A stretch of DNA of 52,623 nt from Verrucomicrobiota bacterium. Its GTDB lineage: Bacteria; Verrucomicrobiota; Lentisphaeria; Lentisphaerales; Lentisphaeraceae. Where the stretch lies: contig JBDKFG010000031.1 of NCBI GenBank assembly GCA_039798785.1, forward strand, positions 1-52,623, read 5' to 3'. How positions within the stretch are numbered: position 1 is the first letter of the stretch; each line of letters begins with the position of its first letter. Under the pieces are notes generated by a model that was not told the DNA's origin, ran no database searches, and saw nothing but the letters and a program-made list of their open reading frames with translations. Positions 17,514-27,336 of this stretch are shown here, piece by piece. Both the position numbers and the translations under genes were made by a program.

Positions 17514-19373
17514 TCAGCGCTGCTGCCAGGCCTCTTCGAGGAGGCGGGCCTCGGCGGCCTCGGCCGGGGGGAAGGCGGGCAGGGTGGCCTCGGGACGGCG
17601 GAAGCCGAGGCGGACCGCTTGTTCCTGGGCGGACGGCGAGAGGAGGAAGCCGAGGAAGGCGCGAGCGACCTGCCGCTGCGCCGTCCCGGCCTGGCGGAGG
17701 AGCAGGGCGGGGTGGTCCGCCACCGGGCTGGGCTCGGGCCGGACGATGATCAGCTTGCCCCAGCGGTTCGGCGCCTCGCAGGCCTGCAAGGCGAGGTTCT
17801 CGTAGACGCAGAGGGCATCATAAGTCGAGGGACCTTTGAGCAGCATGTCGCGGAGCATCGCGTCGGAGCTCCGCGCTCCCGACTGGAGGCCGCGTTTCAT
17901 GCCGGCGAGGAAGGCTTGGCTGTCGGGATCCTGGAGGCGCTCCGGGGTCCAGGCCTGGCCGCCGGAGAAGTCGCGGCAGAGCAGGAGCCAGGCGGCGGCG
18001 CCGGAGTTGGAGCTGGCCGGATCGGCGAAGGCGAACTTGAAATATCCCCACTCCGCAGGACCTCCGAGCATCTGCCAGTCGGCGGCAGCCAGAGCCTGGC
18101 GGAGGCTTGCAGAATCGACCTGGCCGAACTTATTGACGAAGGTCCGGTGGCGGTCTTCCCAGAAGAGGTAGACCATCGGCGACTGCACCAGGCTGGGCAG
18201 CTCCTCGCCGGCCTGCGCCGTCAAAACGCGACTCTGCTGACTCGAGGCGGGCAGGAAGAGGTGACATGCGTCTCCTCCGGCAAGGCGGCGGAGCGCTTCG
18301 TTCGAGCCGAGATACTCGAGGTCGAAATCGATCGCCGCGCCGGCGCGGCTGCGGCGGAACGCCACCATCGCCCAGTCGATCCAGGCCCGCTTCTCGCTGC
18401 TGCAGAAAACCTTCAGGGTGAGTGAGGGCAGTGCTTGATCGGGATTCCAGGGGAGCGCGGCCCGGTGCGGCGGCGGATTGGGAGCCGCCAGGGGGGCGGG
18501 AGGACGAGGGGAGGGGATGGGTGCCGGCGCGGGATTGGGGGTCGGGATGATATGGACGGGGCCTGCGGGAGTCTCAATCCGTATGGCGGCTGGCTCGTTT
18601 CGCTGACCCACCCAAAACACCGCCGCCAGTGCAAGGAGGCAGAACGCCGCGGCGGCCAAGCCGCCCAGGATCAGGCAGCCGATCTTGAGCCCAGAGCTGG
18701 AAGGACGCGGCGGCGGCAGCGGCGGCGGCGCGACCGGAGGAGGCGGCAGTGGAGGAGGCGTCGGAACGGGCGCTGGCGGCGGTTCAGGAGGCGGCGGTGG
18801 TGGTGTGACCTGAACCGGTTCCGGTTCCGGCGGCGGCGGCGGCGCGACCGGAGGAGTTTCCGGCGGGGCGGGACGGGCCTTGAGGGGAGGCGTTTCGGGG
18901 GCGGCTTTGACCGCGGCGCGGGCTTCGGTGACCGGGTTCGAAGCGGCGCTGGGACGGAGGCGGATCTGGATCTCCTCGTCCTTGCTTTCGAGCTTTTCGA
19001 TCGCCTCGACGGCGGCGCAGGAGAGGCTGTAAGAAGGGGCCTTGCAGTAGGGGCGGATGAGCTCGACATGTTCGGGGCAGCCGCTGCGGCCGAGGGCTTC
19101 GACCAGGTCGCGTTTCACCGAATTGTCCGTTTCGGCCTGGAGGAGCTGGGCGAGGCGGGCCCCGGCCCCAGGCCGTGGGAAGATACGGCTGATCTGCTCG
19201 ACTTGGCGGCGCCGCAGCGAAGCGTCTTCGGAGGCCGGGAAGGCGAGGAACTCGGGGATCTGGCCTTCCTGGCGGAGGACGAGATCACAAGCCTGCACCA
19301 GGGCCTCGCGGCGCAGGTGGATGCCAAGTGCGGCGTCGGTGAAGCGGCTGAGAAGGGGGGCGAGCTCAGACAT
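17514..19373 (-). CDS. HEAT-repeat / Pro-rich / TM / extracellular solute-binding-domain protein
   Basis: N-terminal HEAT-like helices (VEALGRSG, AVEAIEKL), poly-Pro linker, TM helix, then SSEKRAW...WGYFKFAFADPASSNSG...VYENLA, paralogous to the neighbour. Confidence 0.75.
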   Translation of the reverse strand: MSELAPLLSRFTDAALGIHLRREALVQACDLVLRQEGQIPEFLAFPASEDASLRRRQVEQISRIFPRPGAGARLAQLLQAETDNSVKRDLVEALGRSGCPEHVELIRPYCKAPSYSLSCAAVEAIEKLESKDEEIQIRLRPSAASNPVTEARAAVKAAPETPPLKARPAPPETPPVAPPPPPEPEPVQVTPPPPPPEPPPAPVPTPPPLPPPPVAPPPLPPPRPSSSGLKIGCLILGGLAAAAFCLLALAAVFWVGQRNEPAAIRIETPAGPVHIIPTPNPAPAPIPSPRPPAPLAAPNPPPHRAALPWNPDQALPSLTLKVFCSSEKRAWIDWAMVAFRRSRAGAAIDFDLEYLGSNEALRRLAGGDACHLFLPASSQQSRVLTAQAGEELPSLVQSPMVYLFWEDRHRTFVNKFGQVDSASLRQALAAADWQMLGGPAEWGYFKFAFADPASSNSGAAAWLLLCRDFSGGQAWTPERLQDPDSQAFLAGMKRGLQSGARSSDAMLRDMLLKGPSTYDALCVYENLALQACEAPNRWGKLIIVRPEPSPVADHPALLLRQAGTAQRQVARAFLGFLLSPSAQEQAVRLGFRRPEATLPAFPPAEAAEARLLEEAWQQR

Positions 19374-19392
19374 CAGGAGTTTCCCGCAGCAG

Positions 19393-19502
19393 AACCACGA
19401 ATGGACACGAATGGACACGAATGAAGGAAGAAGTGGAATGGCCCCTCCTTACCCCTGTCAGCGCCTGTTGGAATTCGTGTTCATTCGTGTCCATTCGTGG
19501 TT
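19393..19502. repeat. 110-bp MITE-like element with 30-bp inverted ends made of 10-mer units
   Basis: AACCACGAATGGACACGAATGGACACGAAT ... ATTCGTGTTCATTCGTGTCCATTCGTGGTT. Confidence 0.85.
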
Positions 19503-19523
19503 CCGGCCGCTTCGTTTTGGTTC

Positions 19524-21152
19524 TTAGAAGAAAGTCGAGATTTCCCGGAAGATCTGGCGGATGTTCTTGGTGTCGCCGACGTAGTTCTTGGCGGCGGTGG
19601 CTTCGGAGATGCCGGTGAGCTTGTCCTTCTGGGCTTGGGCGCCGTAGCCGATGGTGAAGACCCGGGTGTCGCGGGTTTCGTAGTCGGTCTTGATCTTGGC
19701 GAGGAGATCCTGATACTTGGTCTTGCTGTTGGTGTCTTCGCCGTCGGTGAGGACGACGACGGCGGAGATGCTGTCGGGCTGCTTGTTGGCCTGGAGGAAC
19801 TCATGAGCGGCGAGGGTGGCGTCGTAGAGCGCGGTGCCGCCGCCGGGGAAGAGCGCCTTGACCCTTTGCTGGAGCTTGGCCCGCTCGGTCGCGACGGCGC
19901 CGTTCTGGACGATCCAGCCGAGCTTGTCGTCGAAGCTGAGGATCGAGACGCTGTCCTTGTCGTTGAGCATCTTGAGCATCTCGACCGCGCCTTCGCGGGC
20001 GGCGGTCATCCGGCCTTCGGCCTTCATGCTGCCGGACTTGTCGAAGACGATGACGATGTTCGCCTTCTTCTTGCATTTCTTCCACAGGGCGAGGCTTTGT
20101 TCGATCAGCTCGCCGGAGGGGACTTCGAGGGTGGTCTTGGGCTGGAGGGGGTCGACTCCGTGCTCCTTGTCGAAGGGGACGGTGAGTTTGATCGCGGGGT
20201 TGCCGGGGCGGAAGCCGAAGCTCATCGCCTTCTCCTGCTGCGGCCCGGCCATCATGTAGGTGATGAAGGTTTCGCAGGCGCGGCGGTGTTCGGCGCTGAC
20301 CCAGGGGCGCTCGACGATGGCGACCGGGTGGTCGCTCCAGAAGGTGCCTTCCTTGGGGTAGATGGCGACCACCGGGAAGGGCAGGGAATCCTTCTTGGCG
20401 GTGGATTCGATCACCATGTTTTCATAAAGCACCGCAGCGCTGAGGTATTCCGGGCCGCGTTCGAACATCTTGCTGCCGAAGAAGCCGGTGGATTCGCCGT
20501 AGTGGACGACGGCGTTCTCGACATTGCTGAGGAAGCTGGCGGTTTCCGGCGCGGCGAGGTCGGCGGCGGTGAGGCCGCGCTGCTTGCCGGTGGCGGCGTA
20601 GATCTCGGCGATCACCGAGATCAGGCCGCTGTTGCTGAATTCCGGGTGGGTGTGGCCGAACTTGAAATGGCCCCATTCCGGGAAGCCGTACTCGGCCCAG
20701 CCCTTGAGGTTTTGCGACACCTTCAGGACATCGTGCCAGCCGATTTCCTTTTCTGGCCAGCCGAGGGCGGTGGCCATCGGCTCCCACATGGCGATGACCA
20801 CGGGCGAGAGGACGAGGTTGCGGGTGTCGCCGATCAGGGGCTTGCCGGTGGCCTTGAGGGAGCGGGCGTTGCCGAGCTTGATGAAGGCGTCGGAGGCCGG
20901 GCTGATGAGGTGAGCCTGGTCGCCGCCCTCGAGGATGCCGGAGATGCACTCGCCCGAACCCATCGGCACCGCGACGATCTTGATCGTCTTGCCGCTGACG
21001 GTGCGGTAGCCGGCCTGGTTGAAGGCGCTGACCACGGCGTTCACCCACTCTTTCTTTTCGGAACCATAGGTGAAGCGGATTTCGATATCTTCAGCACGGG
21101 CGGTGCCGGTGAGCAGCATCAGCATCAACACCAGCAAGGGCAGGATCTTCAT
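19524..21152 (-). CDS. Secreted solute-binding domain + vWA protein
   Basis: Signal peptide; YGSEKKEW, FGHTHPEFSNSG; vWA MIDAS DKSGSM, GGTALYDA and VVLTDGED. Confidence 0.88.
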   Translation of the reverse strand: MKILPLLVLMLMLLTGTARAEDIEIRFTYGSEKKEWVNAVVSAFNQAGYRTVSGKTIKIVAVPMGSGECISGILEGGDQAHLISPASDAFIKLGNARSLKATGKPLIGDTRNLVLSPVVIAMWEPMATALGWPEKEIGWHDVLKVSQNLKGWAEYGFPEWGHFKFGHTHPEFSNSGLISVIAEIYAATGKQRGLTAADLAAPETASFLSNVENAVVHYGESTGFFGSKMFERGPEYLSAAVLYENMVIESTAKKDSLPFPVVAIYPKEGTFWSDHPVAIVERPWVSAEHRRACETFITYMMAGPQQEKAMSFGFRPGNPAIKLTVPFDKEHGVDPLQPKTTLEVPSGELIEQSLALWKKCKKKANIVIVFDKSGSMKAEGRMTAAREGAVEMLKMLNDKDSVSILSFDDKLGWIVQNGAVATERAKLQQRVKALFPGGGTALYDATLAAHEFLQANKQPDSISAVVVLTDGEDTNSKTKYQDLLAKIKTDYETRDTRVFTIGYGAQAQKDKLTGISEATAAKNYVGDTKNIRQIFREISTFF

Positions 21153-21485
21153 GAAAGCGGCCTCATCTCTTGGGGTTTGGGGATTTTTGCACCGCTTGAT
21201 ACTTGCCGCCGGACCCCGGATTTCAATCTCCCCGCTGCCCGATGCGCTTTTTCTCATCGAAATTTAACCGAACGCCTTCTGGAAGCCGCCTTGACACAAC
21301 TCGACTCGACTCGATCGAATCTGAGCTTGAATCACCTTGAAAATCCGGAGCTAGACTCCCGATTTTCAAGGTCGAAGGGTTTTGCGGCTGGCGCAAAAAT
21401 AGACAAATTCAACAAAATCAGCGGACTCGGCTGGCCTCGGCCCGAACTGGCGTGTAGCTTCCCTCCATCCCCCGGGAGTCCTCTC

Positions 21486-23072
21486 ATGCGCCGCGTTCCC
21501 ATTCTCTTCATCGCCCTGATTTTTTCCTGTCATCAAGAGGCTCCGACGCCACCGCGCCCGGGTCTCAGCTTTGCCGTCAGCGCCGTCAAGCTGGCGGAAA
21601 AGCCCTTGCCGACCCAGAGCCCGCAGGAACTTTTCGCCCAGCTCGCCGGCAAGGATCTTGAAGCGTCAGGAGGTTTTGATGGCCAAGAGCTGCTTGCCGA
21701 CACCTCTGCTCCAAACGCCTTCGTCCAGGCGGCGCACTTGAGCTTCGCCGAGCACCGCCCCTTAGTGTTGACCCCAGACTGCATTTGGCTCCTGATCAAC
21801 CAGATGGCGGCTCGCCGCATCCTCGCCGCTCCGGAGGAATGCCGCGCCGCCTTGACGCGGAATCCGCAAAGTGCCGGCAAGGAAGAATTGATTGTGCGTC
21901 GCGACAATTTCATCCTCGGCTCGCCGAACAACGACTGGCGCGGCGTCTTCGCCGAGTTCGAAAGCAAGATTGAAGAGCGCTGCCCCAAGCCCAGCTTCGT
22001 CAGCGACTTCTCCCACCCTTTCAGCTCCAGCAGCGTCGACACTGTCGCGGCGCGCCGGGTGACACTGATGAAGGGTTTCTCGGCCTATTACACCTACACT
22101 GTTGCCACCCTGTGCGGCATTCCCGAGATTCGCCTCGAAGGCAAGCCCGAGGATTGGGACTGGATCCGCGACCATGTCGACGATCTCAAGCTTTTGAAGA
22201 TGGACGCCCAGGTCGCCGTCCTGAAGCCGATTCTCGAGCAATTCTGCGCCGCGAGCCGCGGTCAAGTCGACCCGGCCTTCTGGCAGAGCTTCTACAAGTT
22301 TGAGAGTGAAAGTGGTGGGCCCTTCATCACCGGATGGATCATGGTTTTTCTCCGCGATGAGATTTCCTTTTTTGCCCACCTTCGAGAAGAGAAAATCGAT
22401 TGGCGAAGCTCCCTTCAAAAACATCGAATAGCCTTCGCCTCGGTCCCTCGCGGCGATGTGGTGCAGGACTTCAAATGGGATTATTTGGGCAAGGAGTTGA
22501 AGATGCAATTCCGTGCCGGCTTCCTCGGGGTTTCACAAGATGGGATCACTCTGCGCCCGGAGATCTCCTGGCTAACCCAGCATCGACGGGTGGATTCTCA
22601 CCTGACCGGATTGGCAGGCTATTTGGGCCAGCAGACCCATGTCAGTCCTTCATGGGAAGGGCCGAAATACCTCTGGGCCGAGAGCCAGGGGTGGCAGGCC
22701 CCGGCTGATCCAGAGCTCGATGCCCTCAGGCAAGCTATGGAAAAGGATGGCCGTAGCGGCAATGGGAAGGGCTTCGTGGAGAAACTAGATAAATGCAATT
22801 CTTTGGCGGAGATCCGGTCGAACAAACTCTATGATCAGCGACAAGACGCCTATTTCAAGAACCGCCGGAAATTCCAGGACGACGTCCTGCCCTTGATGAC
22901 CGGCATGGAGGAATTCAAGCTTTCAGATTGGCAAGAAGCCCGACTCGACTTCACCCCGGCCGACGCCGAGCTACTGATCAAGCTGCCGAACTTGAAGAGG
23001 GTGATCGGCAACTTCGATGCCGAATGCCTGGAGGTGTTTAAGAAGAAGGCCGGATTGGAGATCCATCGCTGA
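21486..23072 (+). CDS. DUF4419-family lipoprotein with C-terminal extension
   Basis: Lipobox LIFSC; HRPLVLTPDCIWLLI, LCGIPEIRLEGKPEDW, FWQSFYK...SGGPFITGWI motifs. Confidence 0.75.
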   Translation: MRRVPILFIALIFSCHQEAPTPPRPGLSFAVSAVKLAEKPLPTQSPQELFAQLAGKDLEASGGFDGQELLADTSAPNAFVQAAHLSFAEHRPLVLTPDCIWLLINQMAARRILAAPEECRAALTRNPQSAGKEELIVRRDNFILGSPNNDWRGVFAEFESKIEERCPKPSFVSDFSHPFSSSSVDTVAARRVTLMKGFSAYYTYTVATLCGIPEIRLEGKPEDWDWIRDHVDDLKLLKMDAQVAVLKPILEQFCAASRGQVDPAFWQSFYKFESESGGPFITGWIMVFLRDEISFFAHLREEKIDWRSSLQKHRIAFASVPRGDVVQDFKWDYLGKELKMQFRAGFLGVSQDGITLRPEISWLTQHRRVDSHLTGLAGYLGQQTHVSPSWEGPKYLWAESQGWQAPADPELDALRQAMEKDGRSGNGKGFVEKLDKCNSLAEIRSNKLYDQRQDAYFKNRRKFQDDVLPLMTGMEEFKLSDWQEARLDFTPADAELLIKLPNLKRVIGNFDAECLEVFKKKAGLEIHR

Positions 23073-23176
23073 TCGGATACTCGCTCTGAGCTCGCTCACC
23101 GCCTGCCGTCCGATCTTGTAAAAATCCTCTTTGTCGACATATTTGGCGCCACTTTAAAATTTCGGATTTCATTTTG

Positions 23177-24085
23177 ATGAAGGATCACACCAACCTGCCG
23201 GATACGGTCGCGGTCGTGGGACTCGGCCAGATGGGCGGGTCCTTCGCCCTGGCGCTGCGTTTCCATCTCCCCGGCGTCCGCCTCCTCGGCCTCTGCCCCA
23301 GCCCGGATGAAGCCGCAGCCGCAGTCGCTGCTGGCGCCGTCGATGAAGCTTCGCACCGTGCCGAGGACATCCTGCCGCAAGCGGATCTCACCATGCTGGC
23401 CTACCCGATCGGGCCGCTGCTGGACTTCGGCAAGGCCAATTTGCATCTCTTCAAGGCCGGCAGCATCGTCACCGACCTGTCCAGCGTCAAGGGCGCGGTG
23501 ATGCGCGCCTTGCGCCAGCCCCTGCTCGAGCGCGGCGTCCACTTCGTCGGCAGCCATCCGATGTGCGGCACCGAGAAGACCGGCCTCAATCATGCCAGCC
23601 CGGAACTCTTCCGCGGCGCCGTCGCCTTCGTCAGCCCGGAGCCCGGCGACTGCCCGGCTTCGACCGCGACTGTGAGCGAGCTCTGGCGTCGCCTCGGGGC
23701 CCGCATCGTCGTGGTCCGTTCCGAGGAGCATGACAAGGCTCTCGCCTATACCAGCCACGTGCTCCACCTGATCGCCAACATGAGCACCCACATCGCTCTC
23801 GAAGGGCCCTTCGGCAGCCTCGCCCGCCAAGCCTGCGCCGGCTCCTTCCGCGACGTGTCGCGGATCGCCTCCGCCAACCCCGGCATGTGGCGCAACATCG
23901 TCGCCCACAACAGCCCCGCCGTGCTCGGCGCGCTCGACCACACTCTGGAAGAGCTGACCATGATCCGCCAACTCATCGCCGAAGGGCGCCTGTCTGAACT
24001 CGAGGCCTACCTCGGTCAAGGCAAGCGCCTGCGCGATGCCTGGTTCGCTGAATACACCCTTGCCCGTCAGGAATCCCAGGCATGA
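23177..24085 (+). CDS. tyrA: Prephenate/arogenate dehydrogenase
   Basis: VGLGQMGGSFA, TDLSSVK, FVGSHPMCGTE, HDKALAYTSH and FRDVSRIA. Confidence 0.92.
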   Translation: MKDHTNLPDTVAVVGLGQMGGSFALALRFHLPGVRLLGLCPSPDEAAAAVAAGAVDEASHRAEDILPQADLTMLAYPIGPLLDFGKANLHLFKAGSIVTDLSSVKGAVMRALRQPLLERGVHFVGSHPMCGTEKTGLNHASPELFRGAVAFVSPEPGDCPASTATVSELWRRLGARIVVVRSEEHDKALAYTSHVLHLIANMSTHIALEGPFGSLARQACAGSFRDVSRIASANPGMWRNIVAHNSPAVLGALDHTLEELTMIRQLIAEGRLSELEAYLGQGKRLRDAWFAEYTLARQESQA

Positions 24086-25971
24086 GCTCACGTCCCCAAC
24101 TCGACCGCGTCCGCACCCCCGACAACCTCCGCCACTTCAACGAAGTCGAGCTGCAGCGTCTCTGCCAGGAGATCCGCGACGAGCTGATCGACACCTGCGG
24201 CCGCCATGGCGGCCACCTCGGCTCCAATCTCGGCGTCGTCGAGCTCACCGTCGCCCTCCATCTCGCCTTCCGTTCGCCGGACGACAAGATCCTCTTCGAC
24301 GTGTCGCACCAGGGCTATGTCCACAAGATGCTCACCGGCCGCCGCGATTCGCTCCGCGAAACCCTGCGCCAGACCGGCGGCTGCTCCGGCTTCCTGCAGC
24401 GCGACGAAAGCGTCCACGACGCCTTCGGCGCCGGCCATGCCGGCACCATCCTCTCGGCCGCCGTCGGCTTCGCCGCCGCTCGCGACCGCAAGGGCGGCAA
24501 GGAAAAGGTCGTCGCGGTGGTCGGCGACGGCGCCTTCGGCTGCGGCATCACGCTTGAAGCTCTGAATGCCGCGGCGGATACCACCAAGGACCTCATCGTC
24601 GTCCTCAACGACAACAAGATGAGCATCTCGCCCAACGTCGGCTCGCTCGCCGGCTACCTCAACCGCCTGATCACTGACCGCCGCTACAACACCTTCCGCG
24701 ACTCGCTGCGCGATCTGGTGCACCGCATCCCCCGCATCGGCGACCGGGTCGTCGCCGCCGCCACCAAGCTCGAAGAAGCCGCCAAGTCGCTCGTCGTCCC
24801 CGGTGTCATCTTCGAAGAACTCGGCTTCCGCTACATCGGCCCGATCGACGGCCACGACCTGCCGCAGCTGATCGCCACCCTGCGCAGCGTCCGCGAGCTC
24901 CCCGGCGCGCCCGTGCTGCTCCACGTTTTGACCGAAAAAGGCCGCGGCTTCGGCCCCGCCAACAAAGACCCCGAGCGCTGCCACGGCTTCAAGAAAAAAG
25001 AAGTCGCCAACCCCGAGTCCGACCCGGTCAGCCCCTGCCAGAAGAGCGGCCTCGCCTTCTCCAACTCCTTCGCCGAAAATCTCACCCGCCTCGCCAAGCG
25101 CGACTCGCGCGTCGTCGCCATCACCGCCGGCATGCTCTCCGGCACCGGCCTGAACGCCTTCAAGGACAAGCACCCCACCCGCGTCTACGACGTTGGCATC
25201 GCCGAGGAACACGCCAGCATCTTCGCCGCCGGCATGGCCGCCGGTGGACTCCGCCCCGTCGTCGCCATCTACTGCACCTTCCTGCAGCGCGCCATGGACT
25301 GCGTCTTCCACGACGTCTGCCTGCAGGAACTGCCGGTGATGTTCTGCTGCGACCGCGCCGGTCTGGTCGAAGACGGTCCCACCCACCACGGCATCCAGGA
25401 CCTCGGCTTCTGGATCGCCCTCCCCGGCCTCGCCGTCATGGCGCCGCGCGACACCACCGAACTCGGCCTGATGATGGACCTCGGCCTCCTCCTCGACGGC
25501 CCCTCGCTGATCCGCTACCCCAAGTCCGACTCGACCGACCTCTGCCTGCCCCGTGCCCCGCTCGAAATCGGCCGCTCGGAAGTCCTGATTGAAGGTTCCG
25601 ACGTCGCCCTTTGGACGGCAGGACGCGACGTCGATCTCGCTCTTGAAACCGCCAAGCTCCTGACCGCCAAAGGCCTCAAGGTGAAAGTGGTCAACGCCCG
25701 CTTCCTCAAGCCCTTCGACGCCGAAGCTCTGCGCGCCGACGCCGCCTTGATGCCGGTGGTCACCATCGAAGAACACGTCGTCGACACCGGTCTCGGCTGC
25801 ATCGCCGCCGGCGTCCTCGCCGAAATGCCTCACAAGGGCCTGTTCCGTCGCGGTCTCCCCGCCGCCATCGTCACCTGGGGCAAGCCCGCCGATCTGCGCC
25901 GTCAGCACCGCCTCGATCCCGAGTCGCTCGCGGCCGACACCCTCGCCTTCATTGCCCGCCGGAAGGGCTGA
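24082..25971 (+). CDS. dxs: 1-deoxy-D-xylulose-5-phosphate synthase
   Basis: GGHLGSNLGVVELT, GDGA...LNDNKMSIS, YIGPIDGHD, DVGIAEEHA and DGPTHHG. Confidence 0.97.
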   Translation: MSSRPQLDRVRTPDNLRHFNEVELQRLCQEIRDELIDTCGRHGGHLGSNLGVVELTVALHLAFRSPDDKILFDVSHQGYVHKMLTGRRDSLRETLRQTGGCSGFLQRDESVHDAFGAGHAGTILSAAVGFAAARDRKGGKEKVVAVVGDGAFGCGITLEALNAAADTTKDLIVVLNDNKMSISPNVGSLAGYLNRLITDRRYNTFRDSLRDLVHRIPRIGDRVVAAATKLEEAAKSLVVPGVIFEELGFRYIGPIDGHDLPQLIATLRSVRELPGAPVLLHVLTEKGRGFGPANKDPERCHGFKKKEVANPESDPVSPCQKSGLAFSNSFAENLTRLAKRDSRVVAITAGMLSGTGLNAFKDKHPTRVYDVGIAEEHASIFAAGMAAGGLRPVVAIYCTFLQRAMDCVFHDVCLQELPVMFCCDRAGLVEDGPTHHGIQDLGFWIALPGLAVMAPRDTTELGLMMDLGLLLDGPSLIRYPKSDSTDLCLPRAPLEIGRSEVLIEGSDVALWTAGRDVDLALETAKLLTAKGLKVKVVNARFLKPFDAEALRADAALMPVVTIEEHVVDTGLGCIAAGVLAEMPHKGLFRRGLPAAIVTWGKPADLRRQHRLDPESLAADTLAFIARRKG

Positions 25972-25977
25972 TTTTTA

Positions 25978-26136
25978 AATTCAAAATTCAAGATTCAAAA
26001 TTCCAGATAACGACAACTCGATTCAAAGATTCAAGATTCAAAATGGGAAGGCAAGCATGAACAGCAAAGCTGCAGTCGAGAGCAGTCCCGTCTGCCTTTC
26101 CGCTTTTCAACCTTTCAACCTTTCAACCTTTCAACC
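25978..26136. repeat. Composite tandem repeats: (G/A)ATTCAA heptamers, then (TTTCAACC)x4
   Basis: Two heptamer clusters at 25978-26044; octamers at 26105-26136. Confidence 0.85.
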
Positions 26137-26148
26137 TCTTGAGTTCAC

Positions 26149-27087
26149 ATGAGTCCCCTCCTGTCGCCGGAGCTGCTCCGCCGCGCCGCCGCAGGAGAGC
26201 TCGAGGCCCTGGCCGAACTCGACCGCATGGGCTTCCTGATGGCCCCGGCGGAATCCCCTGCCGACTTCGTCAAACGCCTCAAGGCTTTTGAGCTTCGTCT
26301 CGGTGAATTCGAAACCGAGATCGCCGCCAAGGGCGAGGTCGAGATCGAAGGACTGAAGCTCCGCCACGATGGGCGCATCCCGCAAGACCAGGTCGATGCG
26401 GTGGCCGCAGAAACCCAGGCCTTATACGGCTTTTCGATCTCCTGGGTGCCCGGTTTCTACACCGATGCCGGCCTGCTTTTCGGCGGCTTCGCCATGGCCT
26501 GGCCGCCCGACCTGTTTTCCGTCTTCGTCCTCCGTCCGGCCCTCAAGGATCGCCCTCGCTGGCTGATCTACTCGCGCGACGAAATCCTCGCCCACGAGCT
26601 CTGCCACGTCGCCCGCACTCCGCTTGCCGCCATCACTTACGAAGAGACCTTCGCCTACGGCACCGCCCGCTCGGCCTTCCGTCGCGCCAGCGGCGGCGCC
26701 CTGCGCTCGGTGGTCGACACCTATGTCCTGGTCGGCCTCTTCGTCCTCTGCATTGGCATTCAGACCTGGAACACCGTCATGGTGCCGATCAAGCCCGGCG
26801 ATCCGATCTTCCCGCCCTCGGTCCTGGTCGGTCTCACCCTGCCGATTCTGTGGATCGCCTGGCTCGCCCTGCGGCAATTCCTCTCGGTCCGCCGTTTGAA
26901 GCGGCTGAGCGCTTCCCTGGCCGCCTGCTGCGAGCAGCCGCGGCACCTGCTTTTCCGCCTCAACGACGCCGAAATCATCGGCCTTGCCGCGTCGCCTCCC
27001 AAGAGCCGCGACGAGCTTCGCGCCGGCTTGCTGAAACTGGGTTCCTCGACGGTCCGGACAGAGCTCATCTGCCAGCGCTGCCGCTGA
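26149..27087 (+). CDS. Hypothetical membrane protein with HExxH motif
   Basis: AHELCH...YEE; two TM helices in the C-terminal half. Confidence 0.65.
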   Translation: MSPLLSPELLRRAAAGELEALAELDRMGFLMAPAESPADFVKRLKAFELRLGEFETEIAAKGEVEIEGLKLRHDGRIPQDQVDAVAAETQALYGFSISWVPGFYTDAGLLFGGFAMAWPPDLFSVFVLRPALKDRPRWLIYSRDEILAHELCHVARTPLAAITYEETFAYGTARSAFRRASGGALRSVVDTYVLVGLFVLCIGIQTWNTVMVPIKPGDPIFPPSVLVGLTLPILWIAWLALRQFLSVRRLKRLSASLAACCEQPRHLLFRLNDAEIIGLAASPPKSRDELRAGLLKLGSSTVRTELICQRCR

Positions 27088-27336
27088 GCATCTCTGCGCA
27101 TATCCTTTTTTCGACCTGTATCACTCGCAGGAATGAAGAAGCGAAGAGAGCAGTTGGCCACAAAAGGCACGTAGAGCGCAAAAGAGAGCGATTCGCGCTT
27201 TGCCGATCAGTCTTTCTGCGTCTTCTGCGGTTGATCGGAGCTTGATTTGGAGTGATGCAGATGGAAAAAACTTGATTCCGGGACTTTTCGGGTTTAGGCT
27301 GAAAACGCCACTGACTTCACCCCTGGAAACCCGACT

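Noticed and set aside
19497..21485. N-terminal 663 aa of the 1191-aa ORF as a giant fusion
   Set aside because: Antisense to the SBP-vWA gene; the real gene starts at 21486
24088..25908. 606-aa minus-strand ORF
   Set aside because: Antisense shadow of dxs
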